From positions 608,001 through 672,000 of the forward strand of contig CP122380.1 of assembly GCA_024650005.2 (NCBI GenBank): DNA of 64,000 bases, in the 5' to 3' direction. This document shows, piece by piece, positions 1 through 11,130 of this stretch. This stretch comes from Candidatus Bathyarchaeum tardum (GTDB lineage Archaea > Thermoproteota > Bathyarchaeia > Bathyarchaeales > Bathyarchaeaceae). Every line of letters starts with the position of its first letter. The first letter of the stretch is position 1. The notes below the pieces were generated by a model, which was given only the letters and a program-made list of their open reading frames with translations, searched no databases and was not told where the DNA came from. The position numbers were made by a program, and so were the translations under genes.

Positions 1-2
1 GT

Positions 3-245
3 ACGCTTTTCGTTTACATGAAGACTCATGGTACAAATTTCAAGGGCGATCCGTTAATTCATTGTCGGTTGCAATTTAGAACAAGAAAAGGCTCGTTTTT
101 CAGCTCAAGTGAAGGTTGGGGTGTAGAGCAGACGTTCAGGTTAGCTTTGGATAGGCTTGAGGGTCAAATTGTTAAAAGCACAGAATTAGCACATGACCGT
201 GAATTTGCAAAAGACTATTTTAAGAGACGATTTCCTTTGACGTAA
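3..245 (+). CDS. C-terminal part of a protein ending in an HPF/RaiA-like (S30AE) domain, probably a CBS+HPF ribosome hibernation factor (5'-truncated by the window)
   Basis: Frame is open from nt 3. HCRLQFRTRKGSFFSSSEGWGVEQTFRLALDRLEGQI follows the beta-beta-helix pattern (..A.D.LE.Q) of HPF domains. Confidence 0.5.
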   Translation, partial: TLFVYMKTHGTNFKGDPLIHCRLQFRTRKGSFFSSSEGWGVEQTFRLALDRLEGQIVKSTELAHDREFAKDYFKRRFPLT

Positions 246-1308
246 CAGGGTATTAGTCAGTCAAACTGACAAAAACGGATAATGTCTTGCCGCCATTATG
301 TGGACCTGCCCCCGAATCTGTTCGTGGGGTTTGGATCTTTTCAGTATAACTGCAAATCGTAGCTTTTAGTTAACAATTTCATATTATCGCCTTTACATGA
401 ACTGTGCTGTTTGTGGTGATGATCCAATTGTTAACGTTTAACTTATCAGAAGCGAAGATGCTGGCAGGCTGAACACATGAAATGGCTTAGTAGACCCAAT
501 AATCAACCAGAACGTCTCAAGTTGGTCGAAAGTCTACCTGAAAAACCGGAAAATAAGAATTACATCAAATGCTTTATTATTAATATTTTAGCTCCTTACA
601 AATGGAATTAGTTGCCTTTCAAGATACCAAGTTAGGATACTGAAAAATTAGCGAAGACGTTTGTTCAAATATGCAACGGTTAAATCCTGCTACAAAACTA
701 AAGCAATTTGCAGAATATTACCTTGTCTAGAGCATGGAATTGTGTTGTATTAACAAAGGAGTGTTAAGAGCAGTTTACTATGTTAGATTCTTGATTTCTT
801 TGATGTTTTTTATGCCTGTTCGGTTTATCTTTCTTTTACCTACACAACTTGTTCGCTGAATATCTTCCCTTTCAATTCAAAACATTTCTAAGTGTAAATT
901 GCTAAAAATTCAGTATTTCCTATTGTGTAATACTTTCATAAACAATCTTGCTGAAACATTATATGCTCCTAAACAGGTAACCCCACAAAAGTCATTAAAT
1001 TATTATCCTACTTTGAAGAGTTATGCACAGTTGATTGAAAAGTCAACCCTTTTTATATGTCCTAAAAGGAGTTGGCGTATTCAAATCACGTAAGGCAAGC
1101 AAAAAATGATTGAAACCTTGGTTGCTTCGGTTGTTCTCTAAAAAACACTATTGGTCAGTTGAATATGGTAAAAAACTTTATAAAACATGTTAAATTAACC
1201 CCTATGAACAGTGACAAATAACATATTTATTTGTAATTCTGTATTTACAAGATAAAACTAAAAGAGTTACAACTTTTTCTTAGTTTTTTGATTTGGAAAT
1301 GGTTCGCT

Positions 1309-2472
1309 ATGGAGTATTATTTAATCTTCCTGTTATGGATTGCAGCCGCATTCTTCTTTCCTAGGCTACTGAGAAGAATTCACATACCTTGGGTTACTGC
1401 GGTAATCCTCGCAGGAATAGTTATGGGACCATACGTGTTGGGGTTAATTAACCCAAATGTGTTAATGGAGTTCCTTGCAACTCTAGGACTTATTTTGCTC
1501 ATGTTTTCAGCTGGAGCTGACACAAAAATGTCAGTTCTAAAAAGTGCAGGAAAAGACGTGATATATTTTACTTTGTTAAACATGGGAATACCGATGATTG
1601 TGGGTTTCTCAGTAGGATTTTTTTTAGGGCTGGAACTATTGTCAGCAGCAGTTTTAAGCGCCTGTTTTGGTTCATCGTCTGTTGCAGTAATAATACCAAC
1701 TTTGAAAGAATTAAAAACCGATGCTAGAATCGGTTCTTTAATGACGTCTTCGATATTTCTTGCAGATGTTAGCAGCTTAATTTTTCTAGCCGTTCTTTTG
1801 AAACCACTTGTTGACATGTCTCCTGTTCCATTGGAAATTTTTCCTTTTGCACTGTTAGCTTTTTTGGTTATTACATTATATTTTATGCCGAAACTTCAAA
1901 ATCGTCTTATGTCTTGGTGTTCTGACTCTGATCAATTTTCAAGCCAAATCAGAACTGTTTTCATAACTGTAGCTATTGTAGCAATACTCGCAGAGTTCAT
2001 AGGCATACATGCAATGGTAGGCGGCTTTTTGGCGGGTTTGTCTCTCTCGAAAATGTTGGAAACACGAAAACATCTTCAAGAAAATCTTGTAACAATAAGT
2101 TATGGTTTTCTCATTCCTATTTTCTTGCTTTATGTAGGCATGACAACAAACATTACAACTCTGTTTAATCCGGGAGACGCAATTCTAACTCTTTTAATTA
2201 TTACTGCTTTAATCACAAGCAAAACAGTTAGCGGCTTTATAGGCGGTCACCTTTTAGGCTTTTCAAAAAGAACCAGCGTAGGAATGGGATTAATGACTAC
2301 TGCACAACTTTCAACAACCCTAGCTACGGCAACAGTTGCTACTCAATATGGAATTTTCTCTGATGACCTACTCACAGCTATAGTCGTATTATCAATAGTG
2401 ACAATAATAATCTCACCAATATTAACAAAGGCTATATTAAAACAAAAAACTAATGAAGATGTGTTAGCGTGA
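1309..2472 (+). CDS. Cation:proton antiporter, CPA2/Kef family
   Basis: About 12 TM helices; ILAGIVMGP, LGLILLMFSAG, SSSVAVI and GGFLAGL motifs. ATG at 1309 preferred over TTG at 1288. Confidence 0.9.
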   Translation: MEYYLIFLLWIAAAFFFPRLLRRIHIPWVTAVILAGIVMGPYVLGLINPNVLMEFLATLGLILLMFSAGADTKMSVLKSAGKDVIYFTLLNMGIPMIVGFSVGFFLGLELLSAAVLSACFGSSSVAVIIPTLKELKTDARIGSLMTSSIFLADVSSLIFLAVLLKPLVDMSPVPLEIFPFALLAFLVITLYFMPKLQNRLMSWCSDSDQFSSQIRTVFITVAIVAILAEFIGIHAMVGGFLAGLSLSKMLETRKHLQENLVTISYGFLIPIFLLYVGMTTNITTLFNPGDAILTLLIITALITSKTVSGFIGGHLLGFSKRTSVGMGLMTTAQLSTTLATATVATQYGIFSDDLLTAIVVLSIVTIIISPILTKAILKQKTNEDVLA

Positions 2473-2631
2473 CATTTCCCCCTAGCAATTCAAGTTTTAC
2501 CCATTAATTATGATTTGCGCTCCATATGTAGATAGCTTTAGAAAATCGATAATAATTGGTTAAACTATTATGTATACACAGAAGTAAAACTGTGTACGTA
2601 TGATTCGCTGAAAAAAAGAGGCTATAATTAC

Positions 2632-5367
2632 TTGTCTGAAAAGGATAACATTTGGTATACACTAAAAGTAGATGATGTATTCAAAGCACTTAAGACAAGC
2701 GAAAAAGGATTGACCTCTGCGGAAGCTGAAAGAAGACTGAAGGAGTATGGATTAAATGAGTTGGAAAAAGAAAAAGGAATTACAAAGTTAGCCTTACTTT
2801 TTCATCAACTCAAGAATCCCCTGGTTGCTGTGCTCTTTGCTGCTGCATTACTTTCATTTCTTGTCGGAAAGATGATTGACACCTTTGTTGTTGCTGTTGT
2901 TATCGTTTTTAACACAACTATAGGCTTTTTCCAAGAATACAAAGCAGAAGTTGCTCTTCAAGCATTGAAGTCAATGGCAGCCCCTGAAGCAGAATTAATA
3001 CGGGATTGTCCTGAAAGAGGCACTTGTCTTGAAATGAGAGTCAAGGCAAATAAGATAGTACCTGGAGACATCATACTTTTAGCTGCAGGAGATAAAGTTC
3101 CTGCTGATGCTCGCATTTTTGAAGTTGCAAACCTTGAAATAGATGAATCAATGTTGACTGGCGAATCAACAACTGTGAGAAAAACAGTTGAAGCTCTAAA
3201 TCAAGATATGCCTGTGGCTGATCGAACAAATATGGCATTCTCTGGTACAATAGTCACAAAGGGAAGAGGAAAAGCAGTTATCACGGCTACGGGAATGAAA
3301 ACCGAAATTGGAAAAATAGCTAAACTGATAAAAGAAACCAAAAAAGCAGACACTCCGCTTCAAAAACGAATTGCTGATCTTAGCAAAAAACTTGGGCTCT
3401 TCGCCCTTTTATCTAGCGGTTTAGTCTTGGTAATTAGTCTGCTTCGTGGATTTGAATTCTATGAAGTGTTTCTTTTCGCTTTGGCGACTGCGGTTTCAGC
3501 AATCCCGGAAGGACTGCCTGCGGTAATGACTATTACATTGGCAGTTGGCGTGAACCGAATGGCGAAACGTAATGCCATCATTAGAAAACTGCAAGCAGTT
3601 GACACTCTAGGATCAGCAACGGCAATTTGCACTGACAAAACTGGTACACTTACAACCAATCAAATGACGGTAAAAAGACTATTCGTGAACAACAGGGATG
3701 TCAATGTTACTGGTGTTGGTTACGCTCCAGAGGGGAGTTTTGAGGTAGACGGTAATGCAATAGACGTGACTAAGAACGAAGAGCTGCGTTTGTTGCTTCA
3801 AATAGGTGCTCTATGTAACGATGCTCGACTTAGGCAACATGAAGTCAAAGATGGATACAGTTGGGAAATTTACGGCGATCCTACCGAAGGATCGTTAGTT
3901 GTTGCAGCAGAAAAAGCAAAACTCGAAAAACATGAGTTAGAAGAAAAGTTTTCACGCGTAGATGAGATTCCTTTTGACGCAAAAGAGAGATACATGGCTA
4001 CATTCCATAAAAATTCTGCAAAACTTTTGCAGGTCTACATGAAAGGTGCACCTGAAACCGTCTTGGAGTTTTGCTCAGAAATTCTAGAAGACGGACAGAC
4101 AAAGCCGCTCACACAAACAAAAAAAGAAGAGATTTTGAAAGTTAGCACTCATATGGCTAGCGAGGCAATGAGGGTTCTCGCTTTTGCTTACCAAAAAATA
4201 GATGAAGAAAAGCTAAATGATTTCAAAGAAAAAGTACGCCGTAAAAACGCATCCCTAGTTTTTGTTGGGTTTGCGGGAATGATTGATCCACCTAGACCCG
4301 AAGCAAAAACTGCTGTTCAGCTTTGTCAAAGAGCTGGAATAAAAGTAATCATGGCAACAGGTGACCACAAGCTAACCGCGAAGGCAATTGCAAAAGAAAT
4401 CGGGATTCTTATACCCAACTCAAAAGTCTTCACGGGACTTAATCTGGATAGCATGAATGACGATGAATTAGACAGTGTTATCGACGAAACATCCGTTTTT
4501 GCTCGGGTATCTCCAACTCACAAGTTCAGGGTTGTTGAATCTCTTAAACGCAAAGGACACGTAGTGGCTATGACCGGTGACGGCGTTAACGATGCACCTG
4601 CTTTGAAAGTGGCTGACATTGGCGTTTCAATGGGAATCACGGGGACTGATGTAACCAAAGAAACGGCTGACATGGTTTTGGCTGATGACAATTTTGCTAG
4701 CATTGTGAATGCAGTTGAAGAAGGCAGGGTAGTCTTTGAGAATGTGCGAAAAGTCGTAAAATTTTTGGTAGCTACCAACACAGGTGAAATCCTTACGATT
4801 TTAGCTGCTTTGATTCTTTTGCCTAATGCACCCCTTATTTTTACTCCCGTTCAGATATTGTGGATTAATCTTGTAACTGACGGGTTACTTGACGTAACGT
4901 TAGCAATGGAGCCAAAAGAAGAAGATGTCATGGATCAACATCCTAGAAAATCCACTGCTAAAATTATTAACCGTGAAATCTTAGTCAACACTGTCTATGT
5001 GGGCATATTCATGATGATTGGAACCCTATGGATTTTCGCTAACGAATGGAGTTACGGGAACATTATTAGAGCTCAGACAATGGGCTTTACCACAATGGCA
5101 ATGTTTCAAGTGTTTAGCTCACTGAACTGCAGGTCACGCAACAAATCAGTTTTCAGTTTAGGGTTCTTTACAAACAAATATCTATTTCTCGCTATCATTG
5201 CATCTGTTTCTTTGCAAGTGTTAGCGACTGTTTTGCCTCCGTTACAAGTCGCATTGGGTACCATTTCACTCTCGGTTTTGGACTGGCTGTTAATAGTACT
5301 CGTATCAAGTTCAGTTTTTGTTGCCGACGAAATAAGAAAATTCGTTAAGGGCAAAATGAAAAAGTAA
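2632..5367 (+). CDS. Cation-transporting P-type ATPase (type II, Ca2+/PacL-like)
   Basis: TGES, PEGL, DKTGTLT, KGAPE, TGD and GDGVNDAPALK motifs. Confidence 0.96.
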   Translation: MSEKDNIWYTLKVDDVFKALKTSEKGLTSAEAERRLKEYGLNELEKEKGITKLALLFHQLKNPLVAVLFAAALLSFLVGKMIDTFVVAVVIVFNTTIGFFQEYKAEVALQALKSMAAPEAELIRDCPERGTCLEMRVKANKIVPGDIILLAAGDKVPADARIFEVANLEIDESMLTGESTTVRKTVEALNQDMPVADRTNMAFSGTIVTKGRGKAVITATGMKTEIGKIAKLIKETKKADTPLQKRIADLSKKLGLFALLSSGLVLVISLLRGFEFYEVFLFALATAVSAIPEGLPAVMTITLAVGVNRMAKRNAIIRKLQAVDTLGSATAICTDKTGTLTTNQMTVKRLFVNNRDVNVTGVGYAPEGSFEVDGNAIDVTKNEELRLLLQIGALCNDARLRQHEVKDGYSWEIYGDPTEGSLVVAAEKAKLEKHELEEKFSRVDEIPFDAKERYMATFHKNSAKLLQVYMKGAPETVLEFCSEILEDGQTKPLTQTKKEEILKVSTHMASEAMRVLAFAYQKIDEEKLNDFKEKVRRKNASLVFVGFAGMIDPPRPEAKTAVQLCQRAGIKVIMATGDHKLTAKAIAKEIGILIPNSKVFTGLNLDSMNDDELDSVIDETSVFARVSPTHKFRVVESLKRKGHVVAMTGDGVNDAPALKVADIGVSMGITGTDVTKETADMVLADDNFASIVNAVEEGRVVFENVRKVVKFLVATNTGEILTILAALILLPNAPLIFTPVQILWINLVTDGLLDVTLAMEPKEEDVMDQHPRKSTAKIINREILVNTVYVGIFMMIGTLWIFANEWSYGNIIRAQTMGFTTMAMFQVFSSLNCRSRNKSVFSLGFFTNKYLFLAIIASVSLQVLATVLPPLQVALGTISLSVLDWLLIVLVSSSVFVADEIRKFVKGKMKK

Positions 5368-5474
5368 CTATCGAACATTAAAATATAGAATTAGAGTCGT
5401 CGTGATACAATATAAGAGGATTAAATAATGAGAAAAACCATGCGTGTTTGCCCTAAAAAAGAGTGTGAAAAGTA

Positions 5475-7151
5475 ATGACTCAAAAGGAGATTTTTTCTAT
5501 TAGACAAAAAATTGCCTATTTCTCTATGGAGGTTGCGCTTTCAAATGGTATTCACACTTACAGCGGTGGTCTGGGCGTTTTAGCCGGTGACACAATCAGG
5601 TCGAGCGCAGACTTGAGGCTTCCATTCGTAGGAGTTAGCTTAATCAGCAAAAAAGGATATTTTAGACAGGAATTGGCAGCTAATGGAAGCCAAACAGAGC
5701 ATGAAGACCCATGGAATCTTTCAAACTTTATGCAGTTACTTCCAGTGAAGGTTAAAGTGCCAATTGAATCAAGAGATGTGCATGTTAGAGCATGGCTCTA
5801 CAATGTAGTTAGCCAAACTGGAGGAGTTGTTCCTGTTTACTTTTTAGATACAGATGTAGAAGAGAATACTGCAGAAGATAGAGAAATTACCTCTTTTTTG
5901 TATGGCGGAGACAATAAGTATCGGTTGAAGCAGGAGATTGTCTTGGGAATTGGCGGTGTGAGGATGCTCAAAGAATTGGGCATTGATGTTCGTAAATATC
6001 ACATGAATGAAGGGCATTCCAGTTTTCTTGCTTTTGAACTGTTGAAAAAATTTGAAAGGAACATTGAAAAAGTTAGAAATAGTTGCATATTCACGACCCA
6101 CACTCCTGTTGAGGCTGGTCACGACAAATTTTCTTATGATCTCGTTCAGGAAGTGCTCGGCGAAGATGCCCCTTTGGATTTACTGAAAAATTTGGGGGGA
6201 CATGACCGACTGAACATGACTCGCCTCGCCCTTAATCTGAGTGACTACATTAACGGAGTAGCTAAGAAACACCAAGAATCCTCAAGAGAAATGTTTCCAG
6301 GATACGAAATTCACGCTATCACCAATGGAATTCATTCATACACTTGGACTTGTGAGAGTTTTAGAAGATTGTATGATAAGTATCTTCCAGGTTGGGCAAA
6401 TGATCCTAATTTACTTGTAAGAGTAGATGTTATTCCAAGGGAAGAAGTTTGGCAAGCTCATAGAGAAGCAAAAAAGTTGCTGATCGATTACGTTAATACG
6501 TCGACGAACATAGGCATGGACTATGATACTTTAACCCTAGGGTTTGCACGACGAGCAACTGAATACAAAAGAGCAAATTTGCTGTTTTCTGATTTGGAAA
6601 AGTTGAAGAAGATAAGTAGAAAAGGGAAGATTCAGATCATTTTGGCGGGGAAAGCTCATCCCAGAGATTATTCGGGCAAGAAACTAATTGAACAGTTATT
6701 TAGTTATGCTAAACAACTAAAAGATGATATCAAAATTGTCTATTTGGAAAATTATGATTTAGACGTTGCATCCATGTTGGTTACTGGTGTTGATGTTTGG
6801 TTAAACACGCCTTTGCCGCCTCAAGAAGCATCAGGGACTAGTGGAATGAAGGCAGCCCATAACGGAGTGATAAACTTTAGTGTCTTGGACGGATGGTGGA
6901 TTGAAGGTTGGATAGAAGATATAACCGGTTGGGCTATAGGTCCGCATCCTGATGAGCAAGTATCGTTTGAGGAACGTAACATTAGAGAATTAGATGACCT
7001 ATACAGCAAACTGGAATACATTATCATGCCCCTATTCTACAATAAAAGGGATAAATGGATAAGAACTATGAAAAATTCCATTGGAAAAATTGCTTACTAT
7101 TTTAACAGTCACAGAATGATGCGAAGATATGTAACTGAAGCTTACCTTTAA
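5475..7151 (+). CDS. glgP: Alpha-glucan (glycogen/maltodextrin) phosphorylase
   Basis: AYFSME, YSGGLGVLAGD, NEGH, FTTHTP, FARR..YKR, GKAHP and EASGTSGMKAA (PLP lysine). Confidence 0.95.
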   Translation: MTQKEIFSIRQKIAYFSMEVALSNGIHTYSGGLGVLAGDTIRSSADLRLPFVGVSLISKKGYFRQELAANGSQTEHEDPWNLSNFMQLLPVKVKVPIESRDVHVRAWLYNVVSQTGGVVPVYFLDTDVEENTAEDREITSFLYGGDNKYRLKQEIVLGIGGVRMLKELGIDVRKYHMNEGHSSFLAFELLKKFERNIEKVRNSCIFTTHTPVEAGHDKFSYDLVQEVLGEDAPLDLLKNLGGHDRLNMTRLALNLSDYINGVAKKHQESSREMFPGYEIHAITNGIHSYTWTCESFRRLYDKYLPGWANDPNLLVRVDVIPREEVWQAHREAKKLLIDYVNTSTNIGMDYDTLTLGFARRATEYKRANLLFSDLEKLKKISRKGKIQIILAGKAHPRDYSGKKLIEQLFSYAKQLKDDIKIVYLENYDLDVASMLVTGVDVWLNTPLPPQEASGTSGMKAAHNGVINFSVLDGWWIEGWIEDITGWAIGPHPDEQVSFEERNIRELDDLYSKLEYIIMPLFYNKRDKWIRTMKNSIGKIAYYFNSHRMMRRYVTEAYL

Positions 7152-7425
7152 CTGCACCACGTTTTGTCGTTTGAACATGACTTCAAGAAGTGACAACCTA
7201 GAAGCTCAACAGTCATAGCTGTAAACATCGAAATTACATAAGATAAATTTACGCAAAAACATGAACTAGATTCGAACCCTTTTGTTTTTCTTACCTGCAA
7301 ACGTAGTGGACATTTTTTCTTCCGTTTTTCCTTTTTTTGTGAATCCTTGCTGTTCGGTTGGGTTCCCTAAACTGTAAAGTTGATTGTTATTTTCAGAAAA
7401 CGGATCTCGAGGATTTATAATGCCA

Positions 7426-8670
7426 TCATTTCTGCAAAAATGATTTGTAGATTTCTAATGTCTGTTCCGCGGCTTTTTTCCATGTAAAATACTCTAAAAC
7501 TCTTTTACGCCCCTTTTTGCCCCAACTTTTAGCCATCTGCGGATCCTTTAAAACCGCGTTTATTCCCCAAGCTATGTCAGATGCTTCCTCACCGTTAACA
7601 TGGACTCCATTTTGATCTGGACCTGACGGTATTACTTGTTCGCGAAAACCTACTACTCCTTTGGATCCTACCACAACAGGTTTCTCCATTGCCATGGCTT
7701 CTAGGCTGACGATGCCGAATGGTTCATAAACTGATGGAAAAATGCATACGTCTGCAGCAGCGTAATGCAGTATTCTCTCATCTTCTGGCACAAACTCAAA
7801 CCGGTAAATAATCTTGTCTTCTATTCCAAGTCTACTCGCTGTTTCAACGATGTCTTTTTGTTTCTCACCTTTACCTAGAATAACAAGTTTCGTTTTTGGA
7901 TATTCCTTTAAGACCATTGGCATTGCTTGAACTAAGTTATCAGCACTTTTCACCCATGTTAATCTCCCAACAAAAAGAAGCATTGTCCAATCTTTTTTAA
8001 TACCATATTTTTCCCGAATCTTTTGCACATCTTCAGATTGGTAATTCTGCAGATTGTATCGTTGGGGGTTTACTCCATTCCAGACCACACTTATTTTTGA
8101 TTGTGGCCAACCATGACGCGTTAAGTCTTCTCGCATTGAATGACTTACTGTAATCATTCCATCCATGTTCTGGGCTGCTGCCCTTTCAAGATGTGACACA
8201 ACCTTTGAACCCTGTCCACCGCTTCTTCCCCACTCGGTACTGTGCACATGAAATATTACAGGAATCTTTGTTTCGTTTTTAATCATTAATCCTGCGATGC
8301 TGCTTAACCAATCATGTACGCAGACAACATCAAAATTGTATTCCTCTTTTTTAATTAATTCATTAATGAATTTTGTTGCACTCAGAACATTATGTATGAA
8401 TATGTCGCTAAAAAAGCGGATGTTAGTTCCCCACTCTTTTAGGTCTTCAGCAACAAACATTGGAAAAACGTTGCCAGCATCCGCTATCAAGGGACGATGG
8501 ACTTCTACTCCTTTCAAAATTTCTCTGGTTTTCAAATCACCCGGGTTAAGGGTGAAAACTGACACATCGTGACCTAAATTGACAAACTCGCGTGTTATAT
8601 TGTCCGCATATGTGCCTAGTCCTCCCACAATTTTTGGGGGATACTCATAGACAAAAAAACCTATTCGCAA
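7426..8670 (-). CDS. GT4 glycosyltransferase (glycogen synthase-like)
   Basis: Encoded on the MINUS strand: the reverse complement from 8670 reads TTG CGA ATA GGT = MRIG, and the TGA stop is at 7426-7428. The track's '+' label is wrong. EYPP..VGGLG, HDW and EPFGIVSLEAMA motifs. Confidence 0.92.
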   Translation of the reverse strand: MRIGFFVYEYPPKIVGGLGTYADNITREFVNLGHDVSVFTLNPGDLKTREILKGVEVHRPLIADAGNVFPMFVAEDLKEWGTNIRFFSDIFIHNVLSATKFINELIKKEEYNFDVVCVHDWLSSIAGLMIKNETKIPVIFHVHSTEWGRSGGQGSKVVSHLERAAAQNMDGMITVSHSMREDLTRHGWPQSKISVVWNGVNPQRYNLQNYQSEDVQKIREKYGIKKDWTMLLFVGRLTWVKSADNLVQAMPMVLKEYPKTKLVILGKGEKQKDIVETASRLGIEDKIIYRFEFVPEDERILHYAAADVCIFPSVYEPFGIVSLEAMAMEKPVVVGSKGVVGFREQVIPSGPDQNGVHVNGEEASDIAWGINAVLKDPQMAKSWGKKGRKRVLEYFTWKKAAEQTLEIYKSFLQK

Positions 8671-8883
8671 AACGCAGTTCTCCCTGACAAATATGATACT
8701 TTATTAGAGGTCCGCTTGATTTTTAAAGTTTATCAAAATTGTGTCAAAAGGCAACTTTCTGGACTTGTTTTGGTACGGAACTACTTTTTACATTTAGAAT
8801 TAATAATATCTAAAATGTAGCCACTTAATGACTGAAAACAAATATAAAATTGAAGTCACAATAGTTTTAATTGGGAAAAATTT

Positions 8884-9831
8884 TTGGTATTACGTTCTAA
8901 AGTTGCAATATTATCTGGATTAGTAATTGCTTCCGTGGCACTTTGGTTTGCAAATACTAAATGCCCCAATATTTATTTACAGAATGGTTTCTATAGTTTT
9001 CTCGCGTTAACTGTAATCTACTTCATCTTTAAAATATTTCTAGAATCCATGGTTTCTAACAAAATCAAAGACCCTAAAACAAGGTATTCGCTCAAAAAGA
9101 TTTTGTCAATATTTGACATTGCAACTTTTTTGATTGTAGTCATGGGAATATGGGTTGAAAATTTGCAGGATATCTTGATTGCCTATGGGTTAATTGGGGC
9201 AGCCGTAGCCTTTGCTTTGCAAGATCTTATCAAGAACCTGATGGGTGGCATAGTGATTTTCTTAAATGGAATTTACCGTGTTGGAGATCGGATAGAAATT
9301 AACCAAAAATATGGTGATGTAATTGATGTTAATCTTTTTTATACTACACTTTTGGAGATGAAGGATTGGGTACCAGCGGATCAAGCCACGGGTAGATTGA
9401 CAAGTGTTCCAAACGGTTATGTCTTAAATAATGTTATACATAATTACACCCGAGATTTTGGGTTCATATGGGATGAAATAGCAATCCCTATTACCTATGA
9501 TAGTGATTGGAACGAGGCAACAAACAAAATTTTAGAAATTGTTGAAAGAGAAACGAAAGTCAGTGCAGCACAAGCTGAAAAAGACATAGCTAAAACCGGT
9601 GAAAAATATTATTTGACCAAAAGGTCTGTTGATCCAACCGTATTTTTAACTCTGACAGATAATTGGATAAACTTTAACATTAGATATGTTACAGAGATAC
9701 GAGAACGCCGACTGCTTCACGACAAACTCAGTCGAATGATACTTGATGAAATTCAGAAGTCCAAGAACATAAAAATTGCTTCTACAACCTTAAATATTAC
9801 TGGATTTCCAGACGTAAACATAAAGCAGTAA
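8884..9831 (+). CDS. MscS-family mechanosensitive channel
   Basis: GAAVAFALQDLIKNLMGG, YRVGDRIEI, GDVIDV and VPN motifs. Confidence 0.92.
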   Translation: MVLRSKVAILSGLVIASVALWFANTKCPNIYLQNGFYSFLALTVIYFIFKIFLESMVSNKIKDPKTRYSLKKILSIFDIATFLIVVMGIWVENLQDILIAYGLIGAAVAFALQDLIKNLMGGIVIFLNGIYRVGDRIEINQKYGDVIDVNLFYTTLLEMKDWVPADQATGRLTSVPNGYVLNNVIHNYTRDFGFIWDEIAIPITYDSDWNEATNKILEIVERETKVSAAQAEKDIAKTGEKYYLTKRSVDPTVFLTLTDNWINFNIRYVTEIRERRLLHDKLSRMILDEIQKSKNIKIASTTLNITGFPDVNIKQ

Positions 9832-10005
9832 TCTAGTTTTAACTACATTCTGCTAATAAAAAAATATTATATTTAGTTTTCTTTTGTTTTCTTATTGCCT
9901 CTTGTAGGGCATCTTAGTTCGTCACTGACTTTTTCTGCCCAAAAACGGGTTAATCTACACTAGTCTTTAATCTTTATATCCCTTAATTCCTTAACACTTA
10001 TCAAG

Positions 10006-10623
10006 GTGCTAACGTTGGCGACGGTTGAATTCGCTTTAGTGGCAATTTCATCAATTGTGGCAGTTATGAATCCACTTAGCACAACCGCGATATTTCTCAC
10101 TCTGACAAAGGGGCAAAGCCATGAAAAAAACCGTCAAATTGCTGCTAAAGCGGCGAAATTAGGTTTCATAATTCTTGCTTCTTTCGCTTTGACAGGTACA
10201 CTTATTTTTCAAATATTTAACATTGACTTGTTTTCATTTCAGATAGCAGGTGGCATTCTCCTTATTACTATTGCATTAAAAATGCTTTCAGAAAAAAACG
10301 GGTTTTCATCCGATAAGCGTGAAGATCCTTCAATTATTCCCCTGACTTTTCCTCTTACTGCTGGTCCAGGAACTATAACTACAGTTATTTTGATTTTTTC
10401 ACAAGCAAGTAGTTTTTTTGAGACCATATTTGTCTTCGTGGCAATAGCCGTTGGGGTCTTGTTATCCTATGGGGGAATGATTCACGCTCATAGGCTCCTT
10501 AAAATTTTTGGAACTGATGGAACTCACGTAGTTTCTGCTCTAATGTCAATTATTGTCCTAGCCATAGCCATACAATTTGTATTCGCAGGAATAGTTGCAG
10601 CTGTTTGTCAACTTACTTTTTAG
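10006..10623 (+). CDS. MarC family membrane protein
   Basis: MNPL, FQIAGGILL and PLTFPLTAGPGTI motifs. Confidence 0.92.
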   Translation: MLTLATVEFALVAISSIVAVMNPLSTTAIFLTLTKGQSHEKNRQIAAKAAKLGFIILASFALTGTLIFQIFNIDLFSFQIAGGILLITIALKMLSEKNGFSSDKREDPSIIPLTFPLTAGPGTITTVILIFSQASSFFETIFVFVAIAVGVLLSYGGMIHAHRLLKIFGTDGTHVVSALMSIIVLAIAIQFVFAGIVAAVCQLTF

Positions 10624-10961
10624 CAAACAGTTTTGGATGCTTCTTCAATTAATTGTTTCAGTTCAGTGGCGTTTATGTCTGTTTTACTTGTAATCTCCAT
10701 ATGTTTAACTTGACTCTTTTTTCCTCTGCCCTTAAGGTCGCCTGATATTAGTCGAGCTCCACACATGAAATCCAAATCTACATGGCCTGTAAACGGATTG
10801 ATCCACACAAAATCTTTTCCAGCTACTGCATAAACAATCCTTCCGTCCCTTACTTTTTCCTCAGCGTTGGCGGAAATTTTTTTTATTAATGTTCGCAATT
10901 CTTCGATAATATCTTTTTGCTGAGGGGAAATATTATTTAATATTTCATTAACAGTTACCAT
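10620..10961 (-). CDS. DUF1801 (YdhG-like) protein
   Basis: LR.LIK, EEKV, HVDLDF..GA.L and L.G.GK..KH pattern. Confidence 0.75.
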   Translation of the reverse strand: MVTVNEILNNISPQQKDIIEELRTLIKKISANAEEKVRDGRIVYAVAGKDFVWINPFTGHVDLDFMCGARLISGDLKGRGKKSQVKHMEITSKTDINATELKQLIEEASKTVC

Positions 10962-11011
10962 ACAAACACCTGTTTATTCTAGACTCTTGCTTTCTAAAAA
11001 TACTTGCTTTT

Positions 11012-11130
11012 TTGTTGTAAACGAATTTTGTTCCAGCCTTTGGTTTGTCTTGATCAGCTTTTGATATTCAACAAGGTTTTTGTGGCTGGCTTCTGCAAAA
11101 ACCCACAATCATCTGGACCAACTTACTTTC
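11012..11130 (-). pseudogene. Degenerate fragment of a viral portal gene
   Basis: Aligns by eye with 22867-22988 of the proviral portal. Reads GPD..WVFAEASHKNLVEYQKLIK..KFVYNK versus GPDELWVFAGASDKKLAEYQKMIK..RFVYNK, with indels. Confidence 0.85.

Noticed and set aside
246-1300. Long intergenic region, including ORF 899-1093 and an NPAT-like aldehyde dehydrogenase fragment near 670-720
   Set aside because: There is no coherent motif or frame; the signal is too weak to call a gene, pseudogene or ncRNA.
7426-8670. ORF track strand label '+' for the 414-aa glycosyltransferase
   Set aside because: The listed protein is read from the reverse complement (TTG at 8670, TGA at 7426), so it is annotated on the - strand.
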